A DNA stretch of 57,399 nt, the filler included, from Basidiobolus ranarum (taxonomy: Eukaryota): the NCBI GenBank assembly GCA_040143965.1. It is 4 parts of 4 records of this genome, joined end to end, with 100 filler letters (N's around TTAATTAATTAA, not from the genome) between each part and the next. Parts side by side here need not be neighbours in the genome. Positions count along the whole stretch, not along the records: positions 1 to 14,320 come from JASJQH010007306.1; 3 more parts are not named here. One strand, written 5' to 3'. The notes beneath the pieces are model-generated. The model made no database searches and was not told the origin of the DNA. It saw nothing but the letters and a program-made list of their open reading frames with translations. This document shows positions 1 through 12,874 of the stretch, piece by piece. Within the stretch, counting starts at the first letter, position 1, and the number at the start of each line of letters is the position of its first letter. The position numbers were made by a program, and so were the translations under genes.

Positions 1-2122
1 ACGAAACTTATTGGGGCCTGTAACTGGGAGTTTGCCAAGAATTTCATCTCCAAACAGCTTCGTAATATGCGGGTCTACGCTGGATACAGCCTCTGATATG
101 GAACGTAAACAAAATAGGGTTGACTCCAGGTCCTAGTATTTAAGTAAGATGAATGTATGAAGGTTGAACCCAGAAGCACACAAAGCTCATACCTGCCAGT
201 GAGAAGCAGCTCTATCACTGTTTAATTGAGTAGAGGCCAGATTTAATAAATACTCCAGCATTTCGCCGTGCAGCACAAGGTAGGAGTTAATTAACGTGTC
301 TCCAACATCGCGTCGGTAGATTTTGAATCGATCCCTAACATCTAGTACAATTCAGATATCACCTCCATGTACAACATGCCTACAACACATACCTTTACTC
401 CAGGATGCCCACTCTTCCTCGCTGGGATATTCTATTTTCTGTCGAAGAATTTGAACCAACTTCGAGAAGACCATCGAGGCGACTCTCTTGGTATTCTGAA
501 TAATGCTAGGGTCATCGCATTCCATAGTCAAATCGAGTATCCCTTCTTGCAGCAAGTACCAGAAATTCAAAGGGATCTCACTAATGTAACAGAAAGTCAA
601 GAATAAGATGGTGCGTAAAGAGCGTTGAAAGTAAAGAGTAATATTATAGATAAAAAGGATATCTCTTGATCTTCAGCAAAATACCCGGGAAAGCCTATGA
701 ACCCAATCATCATCTCCAAATATATACTAGTATCAGGTTTTTCCAGGTGTTGAACTATATATTCGGTAAACTCTTCGCCATACGTAGTAAGAAGTCGAGC
801 CAGATTTGCAGCAACATCCTCGTTGCTCTCTACATAACTTTGTTCAATAAGCCAAACTAAACACACCACAGTAATATCAAGATATTTACCTCTGATACAT
901 GTGTCAACCATACTTTTCATCCAAGGGCTGGTTATACACTGAAAAAAGCTCTCACTTAAGGTATTTCCATATTGTGAATTCCCTTGCCGAGTCAGCAATT
1001 CAATGAGGACCTCAGTAGCGGCTTCAAAGGTAGATTCCCTCTGGAGTAGAATCAATACTCGATTGAAAATAGAGCCCAAAGATCTAAATTTTGATTGACT
1101 AATTAAAATCCACTCATATAAATACTATGGATAGGAGTGTAGCAAACAGCACTTACTCGGATGGAATTCCATACTGTATCCAACTTTGCAAGCATCTGAG
1201 TGATTTCTGGCGCAATAATTCATAAGCAATATCTGTTCGAGAGTCGTTTGACAAGAAAGTTCCGACGGTGTTGAGTACGAGGGGGATTGAATCGAGGAGC
1301 TCTTGGTTAAATTGACTCCTGTTGAAAAGTTAATACTATAGTCAAAGCAGTGGCAGATAATTTCAATCCTACCTCTTAGAGCCGATTAAATCAGCTCGGT
1401 TAAGTTCTTCCGGAATGAGAGTCAAGATCTCCAAAAAAGCGTTCTCAGTGTTCACAGGTCTACCATGTGGCTTCTTAGATTCTACTTCCAAAGCTTGTAA
1501 AGTGGCCGGAATAAAGTTTGTCCATGTATCAGGAACAGTTCGTAAGGCATAGGTAGTTAGCTACGAAGCAAATTTAAACAGGAAAATTAGTCGACCAGAC
1601 TTGTAGTCTCAAAAAAATCCAACATTTGCATACTGCTAGACATAGTTTTGTTAAAACTAAGTTCGGTCCGTTACTGAATTCTACTATCCATTTGATTATC
1701 TCGTCACGTAGCTGTTCAACTTGTCCTTCGGGTAAAGTATTCCTAAATTATAAAAGCTCAAGAACAAATTATCTAACACTTAAGTATTAAGGTTTACCCA
1801 CCAATCTCTGGAAATTTTAATTTGAAATGTATGTGCGCCGAAGAATTGATTTTGTGAAGACTATGTAGAAGTGATACGATTAGTTGGTAGGTAACCTAGG
1901 TAATATTTACTTTAAAAGTCTTACGCTATTCTCCAGGAGAACAGAAGCTAGTTGCCAACCATTAGGTTCTTTTTGAAGGTTATGAAGTACATCAACAGCG
2001 GTTGGAGTTGGTATCTCTAGTTCGGATAGAAAACTTCCCAAATCTGGGTAGAAACCGTGGTTTCCTATCGTCTTTTGTGGAATACTTTGACCAGGAAACT
2101 TTGGCGAGTTGTCGAAATTCAT
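1..2122 (-). CDS. Importin-13/transportin-3-like karyopherin-beta (multi-exon, 3' end outside window)
   Basis: Spliced translation gives LQKEPNGWQLASVLL..QFFGAHTFQIKISRDW, then HEAT-like helices (GYFAEDQE|ISEIPLNFWYLLQE) typical of IPO13/TNPO3/Mtr10 family. Short introns separate the exons. Confidence 0.8.
586..662 (-). other. U12-type AT-AC intron in the importin gene
   Basis: Minus strand: 5' ATATCCTTTT, branch-like TTCTTGAC, 3' end TGTTAC. Removal joins EDQE|ISEIPLNFWY in frame. Confidence 0.85.
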
Positions 2123-2364
2123 TTGACGATATTTACCGAAGTTTCGGTCTCTCTGTACAAGAGTTCACTTGATAGTATAGGACTAACGTATACTTTGCTC
2201 ACTATAGCAACATACGTTGTATGATCACGTGATCTCAAAGAATTTTTAGTATTTGTTTATGGGCCTAACTACAGGGTTTTAACCTAAAATTAGATGATTG
2301 CAAAAAACAACTAGACAATCATAGAAAACCATTCAGACGAATATTTAACCAAAATGATAGCAGA

Positions 2365-3700
2365 ACGACTGACAATGTCGAACTGTCAACAAAAACTATC
2401 TATTTCCTACTGAACTCAATCTCTGAAGATAGACAAGTATTATACAACTTGGTTGCAACACCAATCAAGAACGTGGAGAAGCTCGGTGAAATAGTATCTC
2501 CTGGAGACACTTGATTTTGTTGTTACTAACTATCTAGCCAATGGTCGACTTGAGAGACTTCCTTTACTAGTCTTATCTCATAAATTCCATGTAGAAGAGC
2601 AGTGAATGGATTTCCACATTGAATTATGCTTTAAAGCCATAAATCATCGAGTCAAATATAAATGAGCACTGCCCATCAACCTATACATCTATTTCCCACT
2701 AATCTTCATATAGAACCGAAAGTTTTCCGTTTTCTTTTGATACCTTGATTTATCTTGCCACACATTCTTCTAACCCATTCTTCCCAACCCCAACCCTATT
2801 AGTAATCATGAGTGACATAAGTCCCCCTAAATATGAGCAACAATCATACTACAGTCCATATCCTCCATCACCTACTCAGAGTTACCCTGGTGATGGAAGT
2901 CAAGCCCCCAATTATCAGGGCTCTCAAGGGCCCTACGCTCCACCACCACAAGGTGATAACATACACACAACCTCTGTCATCATAAATACCACTAATCATA
3001 CCTTCTCTCAATAGGCTACTACCCCCCTCAACAACAACAGCAACCCCAAACTATAATCATTCAACAACAACCACAGCCATCAGTAGATAAAGGAGAAGAA
3101 TTATGCGTAGGCTGGTGAGTTCATCTGTTTCATTGTAGTTGAGGTATCTTCTAACAAAATTTTTGAAATGTTAGCGCTGTGGGTGCTACCCTGTGCATGC
3201 TGTTTGACATGTGCTTAATGTAACATATTATTAAATAAATGAGTCTTTGGAGTTATATAGTTATATACTACATCACTTTATATCAAATTATTTCCATGAT
3301 TCAAAACCAGAAATCAGTTGAAACAGATCAATATTAGAGTGAGAGAAAGGAGTTAAGAGTGGCTAATTCAACACTATACACTTGACTTTCTACTCTATGT
3401 TTACGTAATCTTCGTACTTCAATGCAAAATTTCAACCAGAAAGCACTACCCATCTTGTATTGAGAAGACTGACAACACCGAACTGTCAATTAAGGTGGGA
3501 TTAAATTCGATTTCCTTCTTGACCCAACCAAGAAGCTCGGTCAAATAGTATCTTCTGGTGATATTTCTTGATTTTGTTATTGCTAACTGATAATCCAGCC
3601 AATGGTCTTTAGAGACATCTTTTACTAGTCGTATTTTACAATATCTATATGGAAGACACTAGATTTAGAGCTGTGACTAGATTTTCCGCATCGACTTGTG
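2365..3700 (+). repeat. Duplicated CYSTM upstream region (~2365-2630 vs ~3465-3700)
   Basis: Shared blocks gactgaca..gaactgtca, agaagctcggt.aaatagtatct.ctgg, cttgattttgtt.tt.ctaact, agccaatggtc, tttactagtc. Confidence 0.8.
2808..3223 (+). CDS. CYSTM-family Pro/Gln/Tyr-rich tail-anchored protein (copy 1)
   Basis: Exons 2808-2952, 3015-3114, 3175-3223 give MSDISPPKY...YYPPQQQQQPQTIIIQQQPQPSVDKGEELCVGCAVGATLCMLFDMCLM*. Confidence 0.8.
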
Positions 3701-3840
3701 TTTCTTAATATTCAGTTCACTGCTATATGGCTACAAAACACATGTATTTCTCACTTGCTTCCATATAGTCAATCAAATCGGTTTTCAGCCTTTATTGATT
3801 TTGCTATTCGTTCTTATCGGATAAAATACTATAAGAAATC

Positions 3841-4200
3841 ATGAGTGACACTCCCAAACAACTTTCCTACAGTCTATACCCTCAATCGCCTACTTAAAGC
3901 TACCTTGGTGACTGAGACCAATGAGCTTACGCTCCTCCACAAAGTGACCACGTGCACACAAGATCCGACATGTACTAAATATTATTTCTCTGGCTAGGCT
4001 ATTTCCCTCCTCCGCCGCAGCAGTATCCCAACATATATTATATATTGCAACAATAGAAACCAGATGGCCTTGAAACTCAGTATAGGCTGGTGAGAACTTA
4101 CTACATTGTCTTGTCCAGGTATCTTCTAACAAACCTTTTAAAACGTTCATGATATTCGTCTTACCCTGTGCTGGATGTGCCACAGATGTTGGATGTGATA
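3841..4200 (+). pseudogene. Degenerate CYSTM paralogue (copy 2)
   Basis: MSDTPKQLSYSLYPQSPT* aligns with copy 1 but has TAA where copy 1 has CAG. Remnant exon/intron boundaries (taggctat, ataggctggtgag) and a duplicated upstream region are present. Confidence 0.75.
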
Positions 4201-4213
4201 TATTAAACAAGTG

Positions 4214-4260
4214 ATTATGCGCTTCATTATACGTTTTATTATACGCTTCATTATACGCAT
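4214..4260. repeat. 12-bp minisatellite (ATTATACGCTTC-like, ~4 copies)
   Basis: attatgcgcttc attatacgtttt attatacgcttc attatacgcat. Confidence 0.7.
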
Positions 4261-4646
4261 ATCGGTTGATTCTCATGACTAGATTCGTTGGAAAATAAGC
4301 AAATCACTTTCTTATATAGATCAACACTATTCTAACACTACATATATACTGCTCCATCTGCTGATCCAATCGCGGGATTTCTATTTAGAAGAGCTGTGTG
4401 CACTAGATTTTCCAGAAATTCCCAATTTTCTTTTCAATGCCAAGGATCATCAACATTTGCACCCGACAGAATATTACCGAACAGAATATAAATAAGCATT
4501 CACCTACTCGCTCCTCTGAATATTTCTCTCTCATTTTCGTATAGATCAATAGCCAATAAGCTCCCACGTCCGCCTTTCATCTTAGTCTCAACCTTTCACT
4601 TTCGCTCTTTCCCTTACTACTTGTTTAAATAATCTTCTTTTGAGCC

Positions 4647-5120
4647 ATGAGTGAATACAACCAAGACAAAGGATACGCTCCTCAGCAGCCCTATCCCGCC
4701 CAAGCTTATGGTCAGCCTCAGTATGGCCAACAGCCTCAATATGGCCAACAACCTCAGTACAACCCATATCCTCAACCACCTGCCCAAGGTTACTACGGTG
4801 ATGGTGGTCAGGCTGCTAACTACCAAGGCGGTCAAGGTGCTTATACCCCTCCTCCACAAGGTAGTCCAGTACATAACCTGCTAGTTATCATCAGTGTATA
4901 CTAAACAATTGCTCTATCTCTAGGCTACTATCCTCCACAACAGCAACAGCAACCTCAAACTGTAATCGTCCAACAGCAACCAGCTGACAAGAACGATGGC
5001 TTATGCATGGGCTTGTAAGTGGACCAGTCTCTTTATCTTCTGGACAGAATTTCTTCTAACATTTATCTTAATAGTGCTCTTGGTGCTTGCTTGTGCTGCT
5101 GCTGCGACATTTGTTGTTAA
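4647..5120 (+). CDS. CYSTM-family protein (copy 3, canonical Cys-rich tail)
   Basis: Exons 4647-4860, 4924-5014, 5075-5120. QPQYG repeats, then DKNDGLCMGFALGACLCCCCDICC*. Confidence 0.9.
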
Positions 5121-5547
5121 ATCTAATATTCTTATAATACTTCCCATGCTCATCTACGTATTAATAGTACACTGTAGTGATCAATCATATTAACACTTGA
5201 CACTCAGTTTTTTATTTAAACCGCTCGCTATATAAAAAAATCAATAAATTTTCAGTTTATCGCTCGGTAGAATCATTTAATAATCTTGTGGGAGCATCCG
5301 AGTCATTTCCTAATATCGAACCACTCGCTCTTACCTCCATATGGTGTCTGCATATACCCATATGTGGTCCAGGCTATTTAAAGATCGAGTGATTGGAGCT
5401 TGTGCAATCGGATAAATCACGTTTTAAGACCACGGTCCAATGGGATTGGTTGGATTTAATTAAGTTTATAACACAAACATAATAATCTAGATATGTATAA
5501 GTTGTGCATAGCACCAAAATAAAGAGGGTAACATTTCTATCGAGATC

Positions 5548-6876
5548 TCACTTGCTAAATATTTCTCTCAATAATCTGTGTCTTTTGCTTAAAGTGAGTA
5601 ACTCATTTTCATTAACGTCAGTGAATAATCGAATAGACTGTAGGAGTTCTTCTTCTTTACTAGGTGAGACGTCGAACATGGTTCCCGTCACTATCTTCAT
5701 CAACTCTCCATAATCCGTTAAATTCAACAAGTCTGGCAGATATTGGTGCATTAAAGCGAGTCCCATTCGTATCACCGTAACGGTTATACCCTCCAATAAC
5801 ATCACATCGAGCAAACGGAATATTATGCTCTGGGGAAGAACATTGGTAAACAGAGTTAAAAACCAGGGAGTCGTGTACATGGGTGTGCGAACATTATACG
5901 CATCTAGATGGTGTACTAATTTCGGAAAGTGTGCCGCTAAAAGGCAGCGAAATTGATAAACTCGACATTCTAGATTTTGGAGGTCTGGCATGAACATCTC
6001 TCGAAGATTATGCGACTGCATGAGTCTACAGAAGTATTTGGATAATATGTTAATTATTCCCTACGTTAGCTATGTATTAATGGGAAGTAATTCTTTACCT
6101 TACGAATACGCAAAATGCCTCGCTCTCAGACATCTTAAAAAATGGAAGTTAATGCAACTGAGAGGCTATCAAATAATGAATGTATATCTTACATGAAGTA
6201 ATAAAACTGCTACGATATAACCAAATCCTTGAGCATAACCGATTTCCGGATCGTATACAGAATATGCCTTGAGTACATTAAACAAACGAGTTTGACCTTC
6301 ACCGCTCTTTCTTTTGAACATTTCTATTCTAGGGAATGTTCTCGGTAAATCCAAAAGTATATCCGCTTCGAAAGGGGAGCTTTCAGTCAACAACTGCGAA
6401 TACAATGTGTCGAGATAAGTGGTCTTCGATTGCGACATGGACTGCCACATTTTACCTCTATAATATTCTGGGATGCCCTGATAGATTTTGTCAGTCACTT
6501 TATTCCGATTGTGAGCTAACATGGTCGGATAGTTGTCAATCAGGTAATTCCAGAATTCCGAGTCAGAAAGGAAATCGGAGGTGAAGTGCGTGTAAGATTG
6601 GGTAGTGGGTTTTTCGTGCAAATGTGAGTTGAACGGATATTCAGGTCCGTCCTTACCAACATAGCATGGCGTGACTGGGGAGTCGGTGTTGAATTCTATC
6701 GAGTCAATGTCCGAGTCGCAACAGGTTGAGTTACTATCACTGATTAAAGTAGGACTTGTAGCCACCGAAATAGGGGAATTCAAGCATTCTTCAAATATGG
6801 GACTTTCGTTCTCGGAACCAAGCTTCGACGAGGTAGTGGCTGAATTCATAAATAACCGATTGAGTTGGGCAGGCAT
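5548..6876 (-). CDS. TBC-domain Rab GTPase-activating protein (EVI5/Gyp5-like)
   Basis: GIPEYYRGKMW, ILLDLPRTFP (Arg finger), LKAYSVYDPEIGYAQG, WFLTLF. A possible short extra last exon extends to ~5457. Confidence 0.9.
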
Positions 6877-7404
6877 TTCTATATAATCACAAAATAGTGG
6901 GCTCCTTCAAGAAGTCCAATCTATATTCTAACTGCAAGAGGTTTGTTCGTTCAGGTGAACTAGCACCTAACTCACCTATAAACAAAAGTCGATGAAGAAA
7001 ACAAACAAAGCCTTGCAAGTAGACAATAAAGTAACAAAGCAATCAAACAATATCGGAGAAAAGCTACTCATTCATTTTGATACAATTGTCATTTCAGAAT
7101 GGCCAAGTTGGTCGCAACCGAGCAGCCCAAGAGTACAATCTATTCAATTTGAATGGATTATTTAAAACGCAAATCTCGCCACATGTTGTTGACACATGTG
7201 ATTGATGCAGTTATATTGATCGGATAATTCCAACAGGTTTGCTATGCTTGTGGATTCATTATTCAGATGTACCGTTCCTTCTAATCTACTAGTACATACA
7301 CTATTCAGTCTACAAAACAAAGTATTGTGCAAAATCATTTATTTGCAGTCACCAAATATGTTTCGTATCAATGCAAAGTGTACATGTCGGAATAGTTTGT
7401 TATT

Positions 7405-8215
7405 CTATTCTTGAGGTGATGAGGTAGCCTTTTCTTTCAAAAGACGAGCCATTGCGTTTCTAAGGTTGGTTTCAGCTCTCTCGATACCGAGTTCTTTGGC
7501 TGCTCTGTATTTTTCAACAGCGTCCTCAAGCTTGCCTGAGGCATCGAGTAATACGCCATAGTTGTAGAAAATTTCTCCATCATAAGGGGATAATTTGGAT
7601 GCCTCCTCGATATGCTCAAGTGCTTTCTCCGGATTCTTCAGGTGCATATAGTACACACTGGCAAGGTTAAGGTGCAAATCAGAGTGAGAAGGTGATAAGT
7701 TTAGGGACTTTGTCCAAGCATCGACGGCTTCTTGGGGCTTTTGGAGTTGGTAATAGCATACACCAATATTGTAATAGCCAGTTGCCGTAGGCTTGGCATC
7801 TACGGACTTATTGTAGCTTACAATAGCCTTTTCAAGTTCACCGTTGTTTAAGGCTTCGGTACCTTCTTCGAGAAATTGTTGAGCTTGTTCCTCGGCTTCG
7901 CTGAAGGTTCCACTAGCATTGTTGTAAAGAGGAGGGGTCGCCACGAAATGAGCTACATTACATTGAAGAAAATGAGTAGCCGATATAAAGTATAAAGAAA
8001 TAAAAACGAACTCACCTTGACGAGCAAAACATTGCTTAGTGATGGGTAAGATACAGGGTCTCAAGCTAGCCTGTTGAACTACAAGTTTATAATAAGAAAG
8101 GTTAGGTTAAAAAAGAAAATAAAGAGTCCTTTTTATAAGTAGCACCTCTGAGAGAACGGAGGGCGAGGGGAGCAATGCGCTTCAAAAGACCAGAGTTGGC
8201 AACGAGACGATTCAT
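7405..8215 (-). CDS. TPR-repeat protein, probably mitochondrial
   Basis: N-terminus MNRLVANSGLLKRIAPLALRSLR is Arg/Leu-rich and acid-free. Consecutive TPR motifs follow (GYYNIGVCYYQLQKPQEAVDAWTKSLNLSP). Confidence 0.8.
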
Positions 8216-8384
8216 TTTGGTACAAGATAAGGTATTGAAATTCTCAGCAATATTGTCTAATTTATGATGCCCTGACCATAGATACTAGAAATTTTTATTC
8301 GTTCATCTTATCAGATATCCCAAATACTATATTTTACCATTAAGAGATACTCAGAATATAATTGAGGTTATCCTTGGTGTACTC

Positions 8385-9411
8385 ATGATGAATTCTTATT
8401 TCTTGCCTCTTTTAATATCCTTGGCCATTCCTGCCTTCTTTATATATGCTTTTTGTGTAGCGCGTCCACCCTCGGCCTCGATTCCTTTCTTTGCCACTGG
8501 AAGGAAAAACATTTTACTCGTTACAGCGCATCCCGATGATGAGTGCATGTTCTTTGGGCCTACTCTATTGAACTTGCAAAAAACGTCACAAGTTCACGTT
8601 CTCTGTCTATCAAAGGGTATTTCATATAAAAACTATATTTTCTCACGTTCTCCCTGACTCAACTGAATATTTATCCAGGGAATCATGACAAATTGGGAGC
8701 GATTCGTGAGAAAGAACTCGTCGACAGTTGTAAAGTCCTGGGTGTTAAGCCAGAAAACGCCTATTCTCTAGATCATCCGTACGTATATCAAGTGTTCAAT
8801 TTAGACAACAGCATTCGACTAAAACTTTATAAAGAGAGCTACCAGATCATCCTACTAAAGTATGGCATGCAGCCGTTGTCGCTAAAACTGTTGAAGAATA
8901 TGTTACCAAGCACAAAATTGATATGGTGATTATTTCAGTTAGAGTGTTTGTTTCTCATAAATTACTCATGATTTTGTAGATTTTAACCTTCGATACATAT
9001 GGTATCTCCAGTCATGTCAACCATATCTCCACTTATTTTGGTATCAAGTGAGGCTAAATCGTATGCATTTTAAGCGAATACATCAGACTCATATGAACAT
9101 CACTATTTAGGTACATGTTGGCCAGCTCCGCAAAATACAACTTCGATAACTTGCCCACATACACGTTGACCACGGTCCCATTGGTCAGAAAATATATATC
9201 CTTTATCGATGTTCTTTTCTCCATCAGCTCCATATTCCAAGAACCAAGCGCAGTCCCACAGACCATGACCTTTGTGAGCAGCCCAAAGGAGGTGATGAAA
9301 GCTCGTGAGGCTATGACTTGCCACAAGAGCCAGTTGGTATGGTTCCGACAACTATACATTATTTTCTCTAGATACATGTTTGTCAATGTCCTAGAGAAGC
9401 TAGAGAAATGA
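8385..9411 (+). CDS. GPI12: N-acetylglucosaminyl-phosphatidylinositol de-N-acetylase (PIG-L)
   Basis: N-terminal TM, LLVTAHPDDECMFFGP, TFDTYGISSHVNH, CHKSQLVWFRQLYIIFSRYM. Confidence 0.93.
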
Positions 9412-9672
9412 TTCACCAATAAAATATATTGATCCATGCACTTTGCTGAAACCCGTTGGCTCTGGTGTACAGTGTTTTAGTCTAAAAGGTGTAAGAGAAG
9501 ACACTTGAAACTCTAAGGAAACTAGAAATATACCGGCTCAATAGAGGTTCATGATTAATATTATTCCGAGGTGAATGGGAAACGAGAAACCGGAATGTGG
9601 AGTGAGAGTGCTGCCATAAATAGATGCCCATTTCTTCGACTCAAACTATAGTTTAGGGATTTAAGTCTCATA

Positions 9673-10640
9673 ATGAAGGGGACTGCTGGCTTGTTACTTT
9701 ACACCTTCCTATTGAGTCAATCATGCTTATCTTCGTTAGTCCAGCCGAGTGATACGAAATCTACTCCAAGAGTTGAAAGTTTACCTGATGCTTCGGGATC
9801 ATTATCTTCAATGAGACCGGAAATTCAAAAACGTCCCACGCCTCCGACTCCACGTGTGTCCATTGTTAGGGACAATACAGAGAATCCCCCAGCTCCGCGA
9901 ATCGTGGAGACGGGAACGGTTCCACCGCCCGACCAACCGACACTAACACCAAGTCAACCCCTTCATCCACCACCGCGTATACTATCATCAAAACATAGGC
10001 CTATGTTTTTCAATGGTTGGTTTGATAGAATTAACAATTGGATGCATTACACTAACTAACAAATGAACTCCCACAATAACTAGATTCCCCCTACGATTTC
10101 ACCATTGTGAACCCGACCGATGGTACCCAGTGGGAGATTGGAACGAAAGTGGTAATTCGTTGGGAGTTGTTACGTACGTTAGGCAGTCCACAAAGCGATC
10201 GGAAAGTACGCTTACAACTTCTTCTCAAAGAAAAAGTTATAAGCAATCTGACCGACTCAGTTGACACTCACGATAATCAGTTTATTTGGTTAGTACCGAC
10301 CAATTTAAGGACCAACAAGAATTACTACCTTCGTATCGGTACAAGACAACATGACTACAGCTATTCCCGTATCTTCGAGATACGAGGGTTACCATTTGTT
10401 GAAGGTGAGCTGAGTGAACCTGAGACCCTAGATGAACCAAGCGTGAACATGAAATCCCTGGGCGATAACAAACCATCCAAATCATCACCTCCGGGAAATA
10501 ATAATTTGATAAGCTTTAGTGTGAGAATCTCCCCAGGTGGGATTCCTACCTTACTTATTCTTTTATTAATGCCATTATATCAAAACCACTTTATTGCGAT
10601 TGTCCCATTGATTTTTTTAATTCCTCTCATTTTAGATTAA
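9673..10640 (+). CDS. Secreted/GPI-anchored Ser-Thr-Pro-rich protein with Kre9/KNH-like Ig-type domain
   Basis: Signal peptide, Pro-rich linker, TIVNPTDGTQWEIGTKVVIRW..QFIWLVP..YYLRI..YSRIFEI, hydrophobic C-terminus. One intron at ~10015-10083. Confidence 0.7.
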
Positions 10641-10754
10641 AACACAGTAAACATGCAACGCACGTCATTATGTATCACGTGCTCATTGCTATCACAAATA
10701 CAAATATTGTATACAACTTTTTCGCAGCAAGGGCAACTTGAGCTATTATTGTCA

Positions 10755-11625
10755 ATGCAGAATACAGTTACATTCAATCTTAACTACGAAGGGGAGATTC
10801 CTTTATATTCCAAGGTTGTTCTGGGATTTCCTGACAACTGTATAGCTGGAACTCGTCTATTGAATTCAATTGAAGATCCAACCGCTAGCTTCAGTTTAGA
10901 CTTTGATGGCTTCGACAAAGAACAACCAATCATCACCAATCTGGATACCCAGGGAAGACTTGTGGTTAAAAATTTCGACCACCTTGAGGTTAGTTAGTTT
11001 TTTTTAAGGGCTACTAGTTGAAAAACCAACTGAGACTAATATATTCTTTCCATAGACTAGTGTTGTTATCGTCAATGTACTACCTTCCGATAAGAAGCTT
11101 CTTGGTTTAGCTGATGCTTTAGTAAGCCTCATATCGAAAAGTACGGTCCAAACGCTCTACATATTGGGAACCTTTGATTTTACTGCTTCGAAAGAAGAGT
11201 TGCACACTGCTTGTTTGAACTCTGGTTAGTAATGGTTAGCCATATACGTATGCATATTCAGAGTCGTTAATTTCCTTGTGTACTAGAAATTCAACTTGAT
11301 TATCCGAAACTTAACACCTCAGCTCCTCTGAATAACATATTCCTTAATACACTAATCACGCTATTAAGAATGGAGAATCTTCCCACTCAATTCCTTCTAT
11401 ACCCTTCCAAGAAGTTCAAAGTGAACTCCAAGGATGATATTCAGGTATTCGATTCATTTAATCAATCCAGACCTCGTCACCAACTAACTCCATTCTCTAT
11501 AGATGTTGACATATTTTTCTGAACAACTAAAGCAATCATTCGGCTTCTCTATTGCTCGCTCCAAACTGGATTCTTTAGAGTTGAGAACAGATGAAGATGA
11601 TAGATCATCAATGATGTATTTGTAG
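10755..11625 (+). CDS. Hypothetical protein ending in an HbYX-like motif (possible proteasome assembly chaperone family)
   Basis: Four exons splice into a continuous alpha/beta-type ORF ending DEDDRSSMMYL*. Confidence 0.6.
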
Positions 11626-12030
11626 ATAAATTTCACTGTTGCCAAACTAGTAGTGTGACGCAATAAACGATCATTCCGTTCTCGCTTAAAAAAAGCTTTA
11701 CTGATTATTACCAAATGGAATGAGTAGCTGATATTAAGCCATGCCAATCTGCTAAACTATCAGTTCATGTTGCATCATCTACCTTTTACCAATACCCTGG
11801 TTGCAAGTATCTTTAACTGCATAACATATATACACGTAATGATCGAGATTAAGGTTGGGATTATGTAGATTCGGTGGATCCAGTGACAAATATCGATCGA
11901 GAGTTTTTTCCACTTAATGAAGTGTAACTTGATTAGGCTTGTTTCACCATTATCCATTTGAGATTCGCACACGAGGTTGAAACAAATGAATTAAATATCT
12001 TAACTTTCTACACATAACCGGAAAGTGATC

Positions 12031-12865
12031 ATGTCTTCAACAGTACAGCGATCTGAAAGTGGTGGGTCTGAGACGCAACCTCTTATTGCTCCTTCCGATA
12101 TTGACCAAAGCACCTAATTCGAAAACAAACCTTGAAAATACAAGGCCATCGCTCTACTCTGTGCTATACTGCTTTCTGGTAAGAAAAATGCTCCTCTCAA
12201 TTCATTGTACATCTTGCTTATATCATAACAGTTGGGAGTCACTACGCCGCGCATACCCTCGGTGCTTTGAAAAACACAATTAAAGAGGTAAGAGATGGTC
12301 TCACATACTCACACCATTAAAATGGTATATTCAAGTGTTATTAAAGGAGCTGGGAATATTCAATTCTGAGTATGGAGTTCTTCAATCCTTGGTGGAGTAT
12401 TTATCGACGCTCTTGGTACGAACATGGGCTCTATTCTTTCTACTACTCTTATTGCCATTGGCAATATATTTGTAGCCTTCTCTGCATCATACTCTTCGCT
12501 CCCTATGATGATTATTGGCCGTATTCTATATGGATATGTAAGTCTTTCCGTATCACTGGCAACTCATCTGTTGATGTTTTGCTTTTATAGAATCGGGTCC
12601 GGAGTCCGGAGCTATCGTGATAATCCAAGAGACAATTATTAGTCATTGGTTCCGTGAAAAAGCACTCGCCATTACTCTCAGACTTCATATCGCTACTTCA
12701 AGATTGGTTGGTAGGAGGATTGTGGGTCGTAGTTGTAGGAGTATATGGAGTGAGCTAGCCACCTTAATGCAATTGGGCTGCTTATCTAGCTTTTGTAATT
12801 GCTGTGCCACCTAACAAGGCAGATGGGTTCTACGGGGCAACTTTTTGAGTAGCATTCACTATCTA
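12031..12865 (+). pseudogene. MFSD1-like MFS transporter pseudogene (N-terminal half)
   Basis: VGSHYAAHTLGALK, GGVFIDALGT, MIIGRILYG, QETIISHWFREK. In-frame stops (QST*FENKP*KY), a deletion and frameshifts. Confidence 0.8.
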
Positions 12866-12874
12866 ATTCACTGC

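Noticed and set aside
3890-4276. 128-aa minus-strand ORF
   Set aside because: Antisense to the CYSTM pseudogene and begins in a minisatellite. Likely spurious.
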